This document shows positions 18,395 through 28,656 of a stretch of 64,000 bases of DNA, one piece after another. The position numbers and the translations under genes are program-made. The DNA is taken from the NCBI GenBank assembly GCA_965198225.1, contig CBDAOY010000006.1, positions 896,001-960,000 of the forward strand. The letters run 5' to 3'. The notes below the pieces were generated by a model that made no database searches, was not told the origin of the DNA, and saw only the letters and a program-made list of their open reading frames with translations. Source of the stretch: Terriglobia bacterium. Its GTDB lineage: Bacteria > Acidobacteriota > Terriglobia > 20CM-2-55-15. Every line of letters begins with the position of its first letter. The stretch's first letter is position 1.

Positions 18395-20596
18395 CTAGTT
18401 GCAGTAGTCGCTCATCGATCCACTTACTGAATCCGCCGGCGGCAGGGCGGTGACGATCGGCCGGTCTGAGGGTGACAGGAACTCCAGCCAGCAGATCCCG
18501 AAGGGCGCCTGCTCGCCCGAGTGGTCGGCAAGCCAGGCCGCATCGCTGCTCCTTGCATTCATGGCCCGAAGGTCGTAGACGCCCCAGTCGAAGAAGACGT
18601 TCGTGGAGAATCCGATCTGCGTGGCGAGGCTCTCCCCGGCCCGAAAGATCAGACCTGGCGGGAGAAACGTGGTCCGGCTATCACCCTCTTGCGCTGCCGG
18701 CAGCGTGTCGGCGATCTCCTGGAGTCGTGGCGAGAGCACGAAGAGATGGTCGAGGCGGTACATGATCCCGCAGGAGTCGACAAAATCGAACAGGTACTGC
18801 ACGACCCCACCTTCCAGATAGCGTGAAGCGCGCCAGAGTGTGGCGTCGATCGGTGCGTAGGTTTCCACGTCTCGACCCTGGCCCTGGCCGTCGAAGCGGA
18901 GCCCGCCGTGGGGCTTGTAGCTGCCTCGAAGCTGACCGGGGTAGAGGACCGACGTGGCGTTCGACAGCGAGACCGGCATGGGCAGAACGAGAGGGTTCTC
19001 GCAGCTCGGCGGGGTCACCGCAGACGACCATGACGTTCCGTCAAACTGCCAGGTGACCTGGTCGGGCGCGGGCCTGGAGAGCGGCAGGCTCAGCTCTGCT
19101 CCGGTCTGGGAGCGAAACTGGAGTGTACCGATCATCGTTCGATCGGTGGACCCGCTCAACTGTATGAACTGCGTCGTGTAGCCTCCGCCATCTGCCAGAT
19201 GCGGGAAAAACAGTTCGTCGGTGACGTCTGCGGCGGCCTCATCGACCAGCGTGGTCGTCGTGATCAGGAAATCCCCTCGTTCGTTGAGCCGGCTTCGCAG
19301 GCCGACCAGCGCAATCCCGTCTGTCGCAGACGTCGAGATACGAAGCACTCCCTGCAGCGGTGTGGTCAGAGATTCCAGGCCCTGGATCTGGTTCATGAAC
19401 TGAGCGATCTGGCCGTTGCCCGGGACGGTGGCCGATCCGCTCAAACCGGTCGACCCGCCCCCGAGCGTCAACAGTTCAAAGCTCACCGTGGCGCTGCTGC
19501 TCGAAGGGTTTGCGATTGCAATTCCCGTCTGGATGGATCCCCCGTCCGTGTCCGTCGCCTCGGCATAGAGTCGAAATGCCTGGCCGGTCTGTGCGGCCGC
19601 GACGCCAGCCTCCGCGACCGTGACCCCACCACTCTTCAGGGAAAAAACGGCGAGGCCGGATGGGGCCTGCGCGTTTGCCGAGGGGGTCACACGCACCGAG
19701 CCTGCCTGGACCGACGAGCCGGTTCCAGCGGTTTGAAGCCTCTGGGAGCTTCGTCCGGGTATGGTGTAGCTGAACGTCGAGGCGGTCACGCCGTCGATCG
19801 TCATCGACACCGGCTGTGCCGCCGCAGCCCCTGTGCCCTGTTCGAAGAACTGAACGGTACCGGTCAGGGTGCCGTCGGTCGGGTTGACCAGGATGACCTG
19901 GGTGGTCCAACCTCCACCGTCGGCAAAATGAGGGAAGTAGACCGTCTGGCCGATGGCGGCGGAGAGCGGGCTGACCGGCAACGTCGTCAACAGGAATTCG
20001 CCGCGCTCATTCGTGAATCCACGCAGTGCGACCGCGGCAACCGGCACGCTTGAGCTGAAGGTGAATGTTCCGCTGATCGATGAATCTCCATTGAAGGGCG
20101 CTTCGTTGAGGAACGCCGCAATCTGGCCTCCTGCCGTGACAGTCGTCGTACCGGCTCCGAAGCTGGACCGGGTCTGATCCGAAAAATAAAACGTGAGCAC
20201 GGCTTCGGTGCTGCTGGGGTTTGCGATTGCCAGTCCGGTCGTGACCGGCGTGTTCACCTCGGCGTAGATGCGGCCGGAAGAGACCGAAGGTGAAGCCGGA
20301 ACACCCGCTTCGCTGACCAGAATGTCGTTTTGACGGAACCCGAAGATCGCAACACCCGACGGAGTCGAACGTCCGGACCCGGGTTGCATCCGCGCGTAGC
20401 CGACCGACACCGTGTCGGCGTCTCCCCCCGTCGTTTCCGAGTCGGCACCACCGTTGTTGACCAGGAATGCGGCTGAGGTAGCCGATGTGGAGGCGCCTGC
20501 TTGCTGGGCCTCGAGCACACTGGAGGAGGATCCCTGAAAGACCAGAAGGGCGACACCGATGACGACAGCCACACCAGAACGATCGTCGAGTCTCAT
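18395..20596 (-). CDS. Exported protein with duplicated beta-sandwich repeats and a C-terminal M23-like domain
   Basis: Signal peptide; repeats TGLAIANP/TGIAIANP and FPHFADGGGWTTQ/FPHLADGGGYTTQ; C-terminal YKPHGGLRFD...YAPIDA...RLDHL. Confidence 0.7.
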   Translation of the reverse strand: MRLDDRSGVAVVIGVALLVFQGSSSSVLEAQQAGASTSATSAAFLVNNGGADSETTGGDADTVSVGYARMQPGSGRSTPSGVAIFGFRQNDILVSEAGVPASPSVSSGRIYAEVNTPVTTGLAIANPSSTEAVLTFYFSDQTRSSFGAGTTTVTAGGQIAAFLNEAPFNGDSSISGTFTFSSSVPVAAVALRGFTNERGEFLLTTLPVSPLSAAIGQTVYFPHFADGGGWTTQVILVNPTDGTLTGTVQFFEQGTGAAAAQPVSMTIDGVTASTFSYTIPGRSSQRLQTAGTGSSVQAGSVRVTPSANAQAPSGLAVFSLKSGGVTVAEAGVAAAQTGQAFRLYAEATDTDGGSIQTGIAIANPSSSSATVSFELLTLGGGSTGLSGSATVPGNGQIAQFMNQIQGLESLTTPLQGVLRISTSATDGIALVGLRSRLNERGDFLITTTTLVDEAAADVTDELFFPHLADGGGYTTQFIQLSGSTDRTMIGTLQFRSQTGAELSLPLSRPAPDQVTWQFDGTSWSSAVTPPSCENPLVLPMPVSLSNATSVLYPGQLRGSYKPHGGLRFDGQGQGRDVETYAPIDATLWRASRYLEGGVVQYLFDFVDSCGIMYRLDHLFVLSPRLQEIADTLPAAQEGDSRTTFLPPGLIFRAGESLATQIGFSTNVFFDWGVYDLRAMNARSSDAAWLADHSGEQAPFGICWLEFLSPSDRPIVTALPPADSVSGSMSDYCN

Positions 20597-20622
20597 GAAC
20601 AACTCCCTGTTAGAGAGGAAAC

Positions 20623-20647
20623 GTGCGCTCATAGAGCGCACCTACAC
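20623..20647 (-). repeat. Single REP unit
   Basis: GTGCGCTCATAGAGCGCACCTACAC. Confidence 0.85.
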
Positions 20648-20816
20648 TGCGCGCTCAAAAGCATTCGGACACGCCACCCATAACGGGCAAAACTTAAGTT
20701 TAGCTGCGTTGACACGGCCAACCGTCACCCTAAAAATCCTGTCCGCCCCTGCCTGCTTGCAATTCCGCGACACGAAGGGCAGGCTATGGAGGTCATCAAC
20801 ACTCGGAGATTAAGCC

Positions 20817-22484
20817 ATGGACAGACTCTCTCCCCTCATAGCCCTGGGCCTACTGCTGGCCGGTTGTGGCGCAACCGAACCTCGCGATGGGCCCCCGGTA
20901 ATCCCCGCCGCCGGCGGAGAGCCCCAGTACGGTGGAGAACTCATCTACGCGATGGCTGCCGAAACCTATTCGCTGTTCCCGGGCCGACAACCGAGCTCGA
21001 CCGCCCACGACGCCTGGCTCTACGCGCTGGAGGGCCTGGTCGAGATCAACGAGGACAATGAAATCATCCCGTGGCTTGCCACGAGTTGGGAGATTTCCGA
21101 GGATGGGCGCAACACCACCTTCCGGCTGCAGGAGGGGGTGACGTTCCATGACGGAACACCCCTGAACGCCGAGGCGGTCGCCTTCGTGTTCAACGAAGCG
21201 CTGGCGAAGGACTTTATCTATGTCCACATGCTCGAAGGGCTGGAGGAAGTCACTGTCGATGATGAATTCACCGTGACGTTCCGTTTCGAGAAGCCCTTCG
21301 CGGCATTGCTTTCGAATCTTTCCCACCGGTCCATGGTGGTCTTCAGCCCGAGGGCCTACCGCGAAAACGGCGAGGATTGGATGGCCACCAATCTCGTCGG
21401 CACCGGTCCATTCATCCAGGAAGAGCTGGTTCGCGGCGAGTACCTGAAGTACCGAAAGAACGAGGACTACTGGCAGGAAGGGAAGCCCTACCTGGATCGT
21501 GTCACAATTCGGATCGTGACGGACGTTTCGGTCCGCTCCGCCATGCTGGAGGCGGGCGAGGCCGATCGAACCGTTTTGATCAATGACTTCGACATCCCTC
21601 GCCTGCGTGCCGACGAGCGTGTCAACGTTCGCGTGATACCCAGTACACGCCAGTACTACGTCGTGCTCAACCACACCGTGGCGCCGCTCGACAACCCGGT
21701 TGTACGGCAGGCCTTCAACTACGCCATGGACAAGGAGGGCATCGTTCAGAGCGTCTTTGCGGGCACGGGCGCCCTCCTGTCGAAGGCTCCGGTTCTTTCC
21801 GAGGGCGTCGTGGCCTTTACAGACATGCGGCGGCCCGGTGAAAACACCATCTTCGCCTACGACCCGGACAGGGCCCGCAATCTCCTGGAGAGTGCCGGCT
21901 TCATCGACAGGGATGGTGATGGCGTGCTCGAAGACGCGCAAGGGAGTCCTCTGCGGCTGAGCTTCTGGTCTCCGAGGGCGTCGGCGAAAGGGGACGACAA
22001 GGTCGCCCAGCTCGTTCAGAGCATGCTCGGCGAGGTCGGTGTCGACGTCGAGATCCGCTTCTGGGAGAATTCGGCGTTCGGGTCCGCCACCAACCTGGGG
22101 CCCGAGGACGCCCAGTACGAGATGGCGCTGCTCTCCTGGGGCATTCCGACCGCGGATCCCGACGAGCCGATGATGATGATGACCTACAGCAAGGCCTGGA
22201 AGCCGATCGGCGCGAATCGGATGTTCTACGCCAGCGAAGAGGTCGATCGGCTCACCGTGCTCGCCCATCACGAGGTCGATCCCGTCCGGCGAAAGGAGTA
22301 CGTGCGTTTCTGGATGGAGGAGCTCCTCGAGGACGCCCCGATCATCTTCCTCCCGACGCTGGCTCTGAATCTGGCCACACGGTCCTACGTTCACGGCGAC
22401 AGGATCCTCGCGATCGATCAGTACCCGGCTCGTTTTGCGTGGATCGATCAGGCGGAGAAGGAGCGCCAGGGAGTGAGGCGCTGA
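20817..22484 (+). CDS. Peptide/nickel ABC transporter substrate-binding lipoprotein (family 5)
   Basis: Lipobox LLAGC; PWLATSW, FHDGTPLNAEAV, VGTGPF, VRQAFNYAMD. Confidence 0.93.
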   Translation: MDRLSPLIALGLLLAGCGATEPRDGPPVIPAAGGEPQYGGELIYAMAAETYSLFPGRQPSSTAHDAWLYALEGLVEINEDNEIIPWLATSWEISEDGRNTTFRLQEGVTFHDGTPLNAEAVAFVFNEALAKDFIYVHMLEGLEEVTVDDEFTVTFRFEKPFAALLSNLSHRSMVVFSPRAYRENGEDWMATNLVGTGPFIQEELVRGEYLKYRKNEDYWQEGKPYLDRVTIRIVTDVSVRSAMLEAGEADRTVLINDFDIPRLRADERVNVRVIPSTRQYYVVLNHTVAPLDNPVVRQAFNYAMDKEGIVQSVFAGTGALLSKAPVLSEGVVAFTDMRRPGENTIFAYDPDRARNLLESAGFIDRDGDGVLEDAQGSPLRLSFWSPRASAKGDDKVAQLVQSMLGEVGVDVEIRFWENSAFGSATNLGPEDAQYEMALLSWGIPTADPDEPMMMMTYSKAWKPIGANRMFYASEEVDRLTVLAHHEVDPVRRKEYVRFWMEELLEDAPIIFLPTLALNLATRSYVHGDRILAIDQYPARFAWIDQAEKERQGVRR

Positions 22485-22521
22485 GTCACGCCGCTTGCCG
22501 GGGACCCGGAGAACTCCATAC

Positions 22522-23442
22522 ATGCTGAGACTGATTCTCGGCAGACTGCTCTTCATGGTGCCGGCGGGTCTGCTTCTGGTGACCTTCCTGTTCGGTCTCT
22601 TCCATATCATTCCCGGCGATCCCGCCCTGTTGCTCGCCGGCGACAACGCACCGGCGGAGGTCGTCGAAGCGATCCGTGAAGCGTACGGCTTCAACAGGCC
22701 GTTACCCGTCCAGTACGCGACCTACATGGCGAAGGTTCTGCAGGGGGACCTCGGCGTCTCGAACTACTCCCGCGAGCCGGTCACGTCTCTGATCTTCCCG
22801 CGGGTCGTGAACACCGCCCAGCTGGCGTTCTGGTCGACCGGACTGGCGATGATCGTCAGCCTGATACTGGGCTGCACATCGGCCATGTTCTGGAACACGA
22901 AGATCGACAAGGCCGTAACCGTCATCGCTCTGCTCGGCATCTGTACCCCGGTGTTCGTTTCGGGACTCTTCGCGATCTTCATTTTTTCGGTCCAGCTCGG
23001 CCTGCTTCCCACCGGAGGCCTGAGCTCGTGGAGGGGATTCATCCTGCCCGTGATCACCCTCGGCTCCTTCGAGGCAGCCGTCCTGACGCGAATGGTTCGC
23101 TCGACAATGGTCGACGCGTTGGGTTCCGACTACATCCAGACCGCGCGAGCCAAGGGAGTGGCCGAGACCGTGGTCGTGTTCAAGCACGCGCTCCGGAACG
23201 CGCTGCTCCCCATCATCACACTGTTCGGGTTGGGTTTTGGCGCCACGTTGGGTGGCTCTGTCGTCACCGAGACGATCTTCACATGGCCGGGGTTGGGTCG
23301 CATGATGGTGGATTCCATCCTGACCCGGGACCTGCCCGTCACGCAGGGCGCTTTGCTTCTGTTTGCCCTGATGTTCATCGCCGTTAACCTCGTCGTCGAC
23401 GTGCTCTACGCATACGTTGATCCTCGAATCACGTATGACTAG
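22522..23442 (+). CDS. Dpp/Opp ABC permease (B subunit)
   Basis: PGDPA, EAA-loop DYIQTARAKG, KHALRNALLP, ETIFTWPGLG, VDPRI. Confidence 0.93.
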   Translation: MLRLILGRLLFMVPAGLLLVTFLFGLFHIIPGDPALLLAGDNAPAEVVEAIREAYGFNRPLPVQYATYMAKVLQGDLGVSNYSREPVTSLIFPRVVNTAQLAFWSTGLAMIVSLILGCTSAMFWNTKIDKAVTVIALLGICTPVFVSGLFAIFIFSVQLGLLPTGGLSSWRGFILPVITLGSFEAAVLTRMVRSTMVDALGSDYIQTARAKGVAETVVVFKHALRNALLPIITLFGLGFGATLGGSVVTETIFTWPGLGRMMVDSILTRDLPVTQGALLLFALMFIAVNLVVDVLYAYVDPRITYD

Positions 23443-24271
23443 CTTCCTCCGTCGTTTCAGCCGCGACAGGGTCGGCGTGGTCGCCGCATTCGTGCTGCTG
23501 GGATTGTACGTCGTTGCTCTTACGGCTCAATGGATAGCGCCGTACGACGCGCTGGCGACGAGTCTGCGCGAAGTTTTTCGGCCGCCCTCGATCGAGCATC
23601 TCCTCGGCACCGATCAGTTCGGACGCGATGTCCTGTCCCGCGTCATTTTCGCCACACAGGTCACCGCCAAGATCAGCGCCGCCGCAATCCTGCTGGCCCT
23701 GGCGCTCGGTACCGCCGCGGGAATGTATGTGGGATACGTCGGCGGCCTTGTCGAGTCCCTGGTGATGCGGCTGACCGACATCATGTTGATCTTTCCAACG
23801 ATCATGCTCGCCATCGTGATCGTAGCCATTGCCGGGCCGTCCGAGGGCGGCGTCATCGTCGCGCTGGCGCTGTCACAGGTCCCAAAGTTCATCCGTATCG
23901 CTCGGGGTGTCACGCTGTCGGTCAAAGAGGAGCTCTACGTGGAAGCCTCCATCGCGGTAGGGGCCGGTCGGTGGCACATACTTCGCGGTCACATCTGGCC
24001 GAACATTTCCTCGCCCATCATCGTCCAGGGAACTCTAACGCTTCCGGTCCTGGTTCTTTCGGCATCGGCGCTGAGCTTCCTCGGCCTGGGAGTCCAGCCG
24101 CCGACGCCGGAATGGGGAGCCATGCTGAATGAGTCCAAAGACTTTCTCCGCACGTCTCCGTACCTGATCCTCGGACCCGGCATCGCCCTGTTTCTGTTCG
24201 TGCTCGCGTCCAACCTGGTCGGTGATGCCCTGCAGGAAGCGTTGAATCCGCGCCTGGAGGGCCGGAGGTGA
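23435..24271 (+). CDS. Dpp/Opp ABC permease (C subunit)
   Basis: HLLGTDQFGRDVLSRV, YVEASIAVGA, LSFLGLGVQPPTPEWG. Confidence 0.93.
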   Translation: MTSFLRRFSRDRVGVVAAFVLLGLYVVALTAQWIAPYDALATSLREVFRPPSIEHLLGTDQFGRDVLSRVIFATQVTAKISAAAILLALALGTAAGMYVGYVGGLVESLVMRLTDIMLIFPTIMLAIVIVAIAGPSEGGVIVALALSQVPKFIRIARGVTLSVKEELYVEASIAVGAGRWHILRGHIWPNISSPIIVQGTLTLPVLVLSASALSFLGLGVQPPTPEWGAMLNESKDFLRTSPYLILGPGIALFLFVLASNLVGDALQEALNPRLEGRR

Positions 24272-25293
24272 TGCTAGTGCCAGCTCCTGAGCCGCTGATC
24301 CAGGTCAAGGAGCTCCGGACCTACTTCCACACGGAAGATGGCGTCGGGCGTGCGGTCGATGGCGTCAGCTTCACCATTGCGCCCGAGAAAACGCTCGGCG
24401 TGGTCGGCGAAAGCGGATGCGGCAAGTCCGTCACCGCCCGTTCCATCATGAGGCTCATCCAGCCGCCCGGGCGGATCGAGTCCGGCGAAATCCTCTACTC
24501 GAGAAACGGCGCCCTCACCGATCTGGTCCGGCTCGATCCCAGGGGGCGCACCATTCGTGCCATTCGGGGCAACGACATTGCGATGATCTTCCAGGAACCG
24601 ATGACGTCGCTGAACCCCGTGTTCACGATAGGCGACCAGATCATCGAAGGCATTCTCCTGCACCAGGGAGTGAGCCGAAGCGAAGCCCGGCGGAGAGCCA
24701 TCGAAATGCTGGAGGCGGTCGCGATTCCGTCGCCGAGGCGGCGCATCGACGAGTATCCTCACCAGCTTTCGGGCGGGATGCGCCAGCGAGCGATGATCGC
24801 GATGGCGCTGTCGTGTAATCCGTCCCTGCTGATTGCCGACGAGCCGACCACGGCGTTGGACGTCACGATCCAGGCTCAGGTTGTCGACCTGATGCGGCAG
24901 CTGCAGCGGGACTTCAAGGCGGCGATCATGTTCATCACCCATGATCTGGGCGTCGTCGCCGACATCGCGGACGATGTCGTCGTGATGTACCTGGGAGAAA
25001 TCGTCGAACGGGCGCCCGTGCGGGAGATATTCCATAATCCCAAGCACCCGTACACCCAGGGTCTGATGGGTTCCCTTCCTTCGCTCACACTCCCGCGCAA
25101 GCAGAGACTCCCGGCGATCGAGGGTAACGTCCCCAGTCCATTCTCCCTCCCAGGAGGCTGCCGCTTTGCGCCGCGCTGTCCCCACGTCATGGATGTCTGT
25201 CGAGGCCGCTCGCCACGCCTCACCGATGTCGGACCTGAACACCAGGCCGCCTGCTATCTCCATGAACCGGCGATGGGGGCGGAGGGATCATGA
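24268..25293 (+). CDS. Dpp/Opp ABC ATPase (D subunit)
   Basis: [30 protein letters not shown] and a C-terminal Cys cluster. Confidence 0.95.
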   Translation: MMLVPAPEPLIQVKELRTYFHTEDGVGRAVDGVSFTIAPEKTLGVVGESGCGKSVTARSIMRLIQPPGRIESGEILYSRNGALTDLVRLDPRGRTIRAIRGNDIAMIFQEPMTSLNPVFTIGDQIIEGILLHQGVSRSEARRRAIEMLEAVAIPSPRRRIDEYPHQLSGGMRQRAMIAMALSCNPSLLIADEPTTALDVTIQAQVVDLMRQLQRDFKAAIMFITHDLGVVADIADDVVVMYLGEIVERAPVREIFHNPKHPYTQGLMGSLPSLTLPRKQRLPAIEGNVPSPFSLPGGCRFAPRCPHVMDVCRGRSPRLTDVGPEHQAACYLHEPAMGAEGS

Positions 25294-26333
25294 GACCGGC
25301 GGAAGAAACGCTGCTGGAGGTCAGGAACCTCAAGAAATCGTTTCCTGTCCGAAAAGGGCTGCTGCGACGAGTCGTAGATCAGGTCCGGGCGGTCGACGGT
25401 GTGAGCTTCACCATCGGTCTGGGCGAGACGCTCGGCCTGGTTGGGGAAAGCGGATGCGGCAAGACAACGACAGGACGGGCTGTTCTTCGGCTCGTCGAGC
25501 CCACCGAAGGAGATGTCGTTTTTCGGAGCCGAAGGCACGTCCGAAAAGGAGAGTCCTACAGGGAGATCGACGTCGCGGCCGCGACAGCAGACCAGATCAG
25601 AGCACTGCGCCGGGACATGCAGATCATCTTTCAGGACCCGTTCTCTTCGCTCAACCCGCGGATGAGCATCGGCGATATCGTCGCCGAGCCTCTCAAGGTG
25701 CAGGGCCTGTCGAGCGGACAGGAACGTCGCGATCAGGTCGCCTATTTATTAGAGGCGGTCGGTCTGACCAGAGACCACACGAAGCGTTATCCGCACGAGT
25801 TTTCCGGCGGACAGCGACAGCGTATCGGTATCGCGCGCGCCCTGGCTCTCAACCCGCAGCTCATCATCGCCGATGAACCCGTCTCGGCTCTCGACGCGTC
25901 GATACAGGCGCAGGTCTTGAATCTGCTGATGGACCTCCAGTCGGAACGCGGTCTCTCCTACCTGTTCATCGCACACGATCTATCCGTCGTCCGGCACATC
26001 AGCGATCGGATCGCCGTGATGTACCTGGGCCGTCTGGTGGAGCTGACCGAAACGGACGAGCTGTTTGCCAACCCGCTGCACCCCTACACCGAGGCGCTCA
26101 TGTCGGCCGTACCCGTCCCCGATCCCGACCATCGGGCGGATCGCATCATTCTCAGCGGCGACGTGCCGAGCCCGGTGGATCAACCGTCCGGTTGCTACTT
26201 TCACCCTCGATGTCGCTACGCGGAGGATGTTTGCAGGACCCAGACACCGTCCTACAGCGATGTCGGCGGCGGCCACTACGTTGCCTGCCATCTGGCCGAT
26301 TCCCTGAGTCTACGCCCGCTAAAGACGAACTGA
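25290..26333 (+). CDS. Dpp/Opp ABC ATPase (F subunit)
   Basis: [29 protein letters not shown] and a C-terminal Cys cluster. Confidence 0.95.
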   Translation: MRPAEETLLEVRNLKKSFPVRKGLLRRVVDQVRAVDGVSFTIGLGETLGLVGESGCGKTTTGRAVLRLVEPTEGDVVFRSRRHVRKGESYREIDVAAATADQIRALRRDMQIIFQDPFSSLNPRMSIGDIVAEPLKVQGLSSGQERRDQVAYLLEAVGLTRDHTKRYPHEFSGGQRQRIGIARALALNPQLIIADEPVSALDASIQAQVLNLLMDLQSERGLSYLFIAHDLSVVRHISDRIAVMYLGRLVELTETDELFANPLHPYTEALMSAVPVPDPDHRADRIILSGDVPSPVDQPSGCYFHPRCRYAEDVCRTQTPSYSDVGGGHYVACHLADSLSLRPLKTN

Positions 26334-26350
26334 GTCGTGCTGTCGGTGGT

Positions 26351-26623
26351 TCCTTGTCCAAAACAGCCTTTCGCGGACGTGGGTTGATGCCTGTGTGGGG
26401 GAACTGGACCAAAAACCCGACGGATTTTCAAACCTCAAATCTGCAATGAGCAACCTACAATGTGGACTCTTTCAAATATCGCAATTTGCGATCGCACGGA
26501 TGGAGAGTTCCGCCTAATCGCAGATTTGGGCCCGGATAGTACCGGCATGGTAAGTGTAGGTGCGGTCTATGACCGCACATTCTTCGAGGCGAAACATTGT
26601 GCGCTCATAGAGCGCACCTACAC
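26351..26623. repeat. Repeat cluster: leader fragment (26351-26373), AT-rich element (26425-26492), REPIN (26554-26623)
   Basis: TCCTTGTCCAAAACAGCCTTTCG is identical to 49308-49330; CAATGAGCAACCT...ATCGCAATTTGCGAT is nearly identical to 13192-13240; 70-bp REPIN. Confidence 0.85.
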
Positions 26624-26667
26624 CTGAGCCTCAAGTTTCGCTTGTCGCCGGCACCGAGACCTAGCGG

Positions 26668-27732
26668 CTAGTACATTCGCGCTTTGTCGAGGACGTTTCG
26701 CATGTCGTCGATTCGGTCCTCGAGGTAGCAGCGGAGGTTGTGGCAGAAGATGTCTGTGATCTTGCCGTTCTCGCTTTCCGCAGTGCTGGCGGAATGCGGA
26801 CTGATGAGCACGCTCGGCAGATCCCAGAGCGGGTTGTTCGGGTCCAGCGGTTCGACCGCAAAGGGATCCAGGGCGGCCAGAGCGATTCGGCCGGACTGCA
26901 GGTTCCGGGTCAATGCTTCCAGATCGACGACCTGTCCGCGCGCGATGTTGACGAAGACAGCGCCCGGTTTCAAGGCCGCGAAGGCCGCTTCGTCGATCAT
27001 TCCTTCCGTGTCCGGCGTGTGCGGAACGCTGAGGACGAGTGCGTCGGCTTCCCTCAACATCTGATGCAGGGCATCGTGCGGGAACAGGACCTCGATCCCG
27101 AGCTGCTCCGCGGTCCGGTCCGAGCCGGCCCGCGCCAGTGCGACGACGCGCATGCCGAGACAACGCCCGACCTCGGCGACACGCCGGCCAAGTTCCCCGA
27201 CACCGATGATGGCGAGCGTTTTGCCTGCCAGCTCGTCTCCACAGAATCGCGCCCAGTGGTGTGCCTTCTGCTCGGCCTGAAGGTGTGGCAGCCGCTTTAC
27301 GTGGCTGAGCAACGCCAGGAAGACGAATTCGCTGAGCGGGCCCGCGTGGACGCCCCGCGCCGTCGTAATCAGGATGTCGGACTCCTGGAGGCCCAGGCGC
27401 TTGACCGTTTGCCCGACGCCGGAACTCGTCGTCTGAATCCACCTCAAGTTCGGGGCCAGGTTGATCCCCTTGGTGCCATCCGAAGCAGAGGGCGGAAAAT
27501 CCCATAGGATGTCTGCTCGGGCGAGATGACCTCGCCAGCGCTCCTCCTGTTCCTCACTCAGAACAAAGCCGTCCTGTCCTGCGTGATCGGCGGTGTATCT
27601 GGTCGGCGGCAGCAAATCGGGTTCGTATATGACCTCGAGTCTCTCCGGATCGGCCGCCTTGATCCGGTCCACATGTTCCGCTTCCAACGGTGTTGCGATG
27701 AACACCGCCAATCGTGCTTGTTCGCCTGTCAT
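26668..27732 (-). CDS. D-2-hydroxyacid dehydrogenase family protein
   Basis: IIGVGELG Rossmann motif, FVNIARG, ALDPFAVEP, ISPHSAS. Confidence 0.92.
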   Translation of the reverse strand: MTGEQARLAVFIATPLEAEHVDRIKAADPERLEVIYEPDLLPPTRYTADHAGQDGFVLSEEQEERWRGHLARADILWDFPPSASDGTKGINLAPNLRWIQTTSSGVGQTVKRLGLQESDILITTARGVHAGPLSEFVFLALLSHVKRLPHLQAEQKAHHWARFCGDELAGKTLAIIGVGELGRRVAEVGRCLGMRVVALARAGSDRTAEQLGIEVLFPHDALHQMLREADALVLSVPHTPDTEGMIDEAAFAALKPGAVFVNIARGQVVDLEALTRNLQSGRIALAALDPFAVEPLDPNNPLWDLPSVLISPHSASTAESENGKITDIFCHNLRCYLEDRIDDMRNVLDKARMY

Positions 27733-27813
27733 ATTCGTGCTCTCAGTTCTTGAACGAAAAACCGGCGCTCTCTGATGAGCGCCGGTCTTGCTTCCAGGTC
27801 CGCGATTCCGCCT

Positions 27814-28590
27814 TCAATGAGTCATCGCATAGATGACATAGTTCACACCGAGGCGGTACGCAAGGCCCGTCATTTCGGCCGGATAGTACGGATCGTCGGC
27901 GTGCTCCCAGGCATCGCCCATGTCGATGTTGAAACTGATGGCGACCATCAGGCGACCCTTGTCGTCGTATATACCGCGCCAGTGCGGCGGCCCAGCCATT
28001 GCGGCGACAACCTGTCCCCGCCCCCAGCGCAAGTGCCGGCGGCCGGGGATCTGGATGCGGTCTCCCAGGTCGAAGAAGACGTTCATGAGCGGGTCGTCGT
28101 CCGGGATCTCGACGATCGGTTGGTCCGGCAACACCCGTTGCATCGCCGACTCGAAAACGTACCAGTCGTACTCGCCGTGGAAGTCATCCACCACCAGGAA
28201 TCCGCCACGCAACAGATATTCTCTCAGGCTTTCGGCTTCGAGCGCGTTCGGTTGCCAGTTTCCCTGCCCGACCTGCTGCATGAAGAGAAACGGATGACCG
28301 AAGATGCGATCGTCGATCACTTCCAGATGCCGGCTGTCATCGGCGACCGTAAGGTTGGTGAGCCGATCGAGCGCCGGCAGGAAGTGCGCTTCGGCCATCG
28401 GGTAGTCGATGGCCCACCACGGCTGTCGGTACCCCCGGGAGCCGGCGCCGCCCCACGTTCGATACACCACCCGGGCCATATGGAACTCGGCTTCGGGCGA
28501 GTCGCCGCGTGTGTCGAAGTATCCCTGGCTACTGGCGATTCCGGCCAGGACACAAACGATCAATCCGGCGGCGGCCGCTCGCACCTTCAT
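27814..28590 (-). CDS. Exported DUF4159-domain protein
   Basis: Signal peptide; WAIDYPMAE, LREYLLRGGFLVVDDFHG, NIDMGDAWE, GVNYVIYAMTH. Confidence 0.85.
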   Translation of the reverse strand: MKVRAAAAGLIVCVLAGIASSQGYFDTRGDSPEAEFHMARVVYRTWGGAGSRGYRQPWWAIDYPMAEAHFLPALDRLTNLTVADDSRHLEVIDDRIFGHPFLFMQQVGQGNWQPNALEAESLREYLLRGGFLVVDDFHGEYDWYVFESAMQRVLPDQPIVEIPDDDPLMNVFFDLGDRIQIPGRRHLRWGRGQVVAAMAGPPHWRGIYDDKGRLMVAISFNIDMGDAWEHADDPYYPAEMTGLAYRLGVNYVIYAMTH

Positions 28591-28656
28591 ATTCCGGCCT
28601 CGAGCCCGATGCATGGGAGAATTCTACCGCATCCTTCCCCTCCGATGAGGTCCGCA

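Noticed and set aside
20597-20641. N-terminal ORF extension of the 18395 gene running into a REP
   Set aside because: A better ATG at 20596, with a GGGAG RBS, directly precedes the signal peptide, so this REP is extragenic, unlike the ankyrin cases.
20709-20737. TTGACA promoter candidate for the ABC operon
   Set aside because: The -10 element and spacing are imperfect (TAAAAA at 16 bp), so it is too weak to call.
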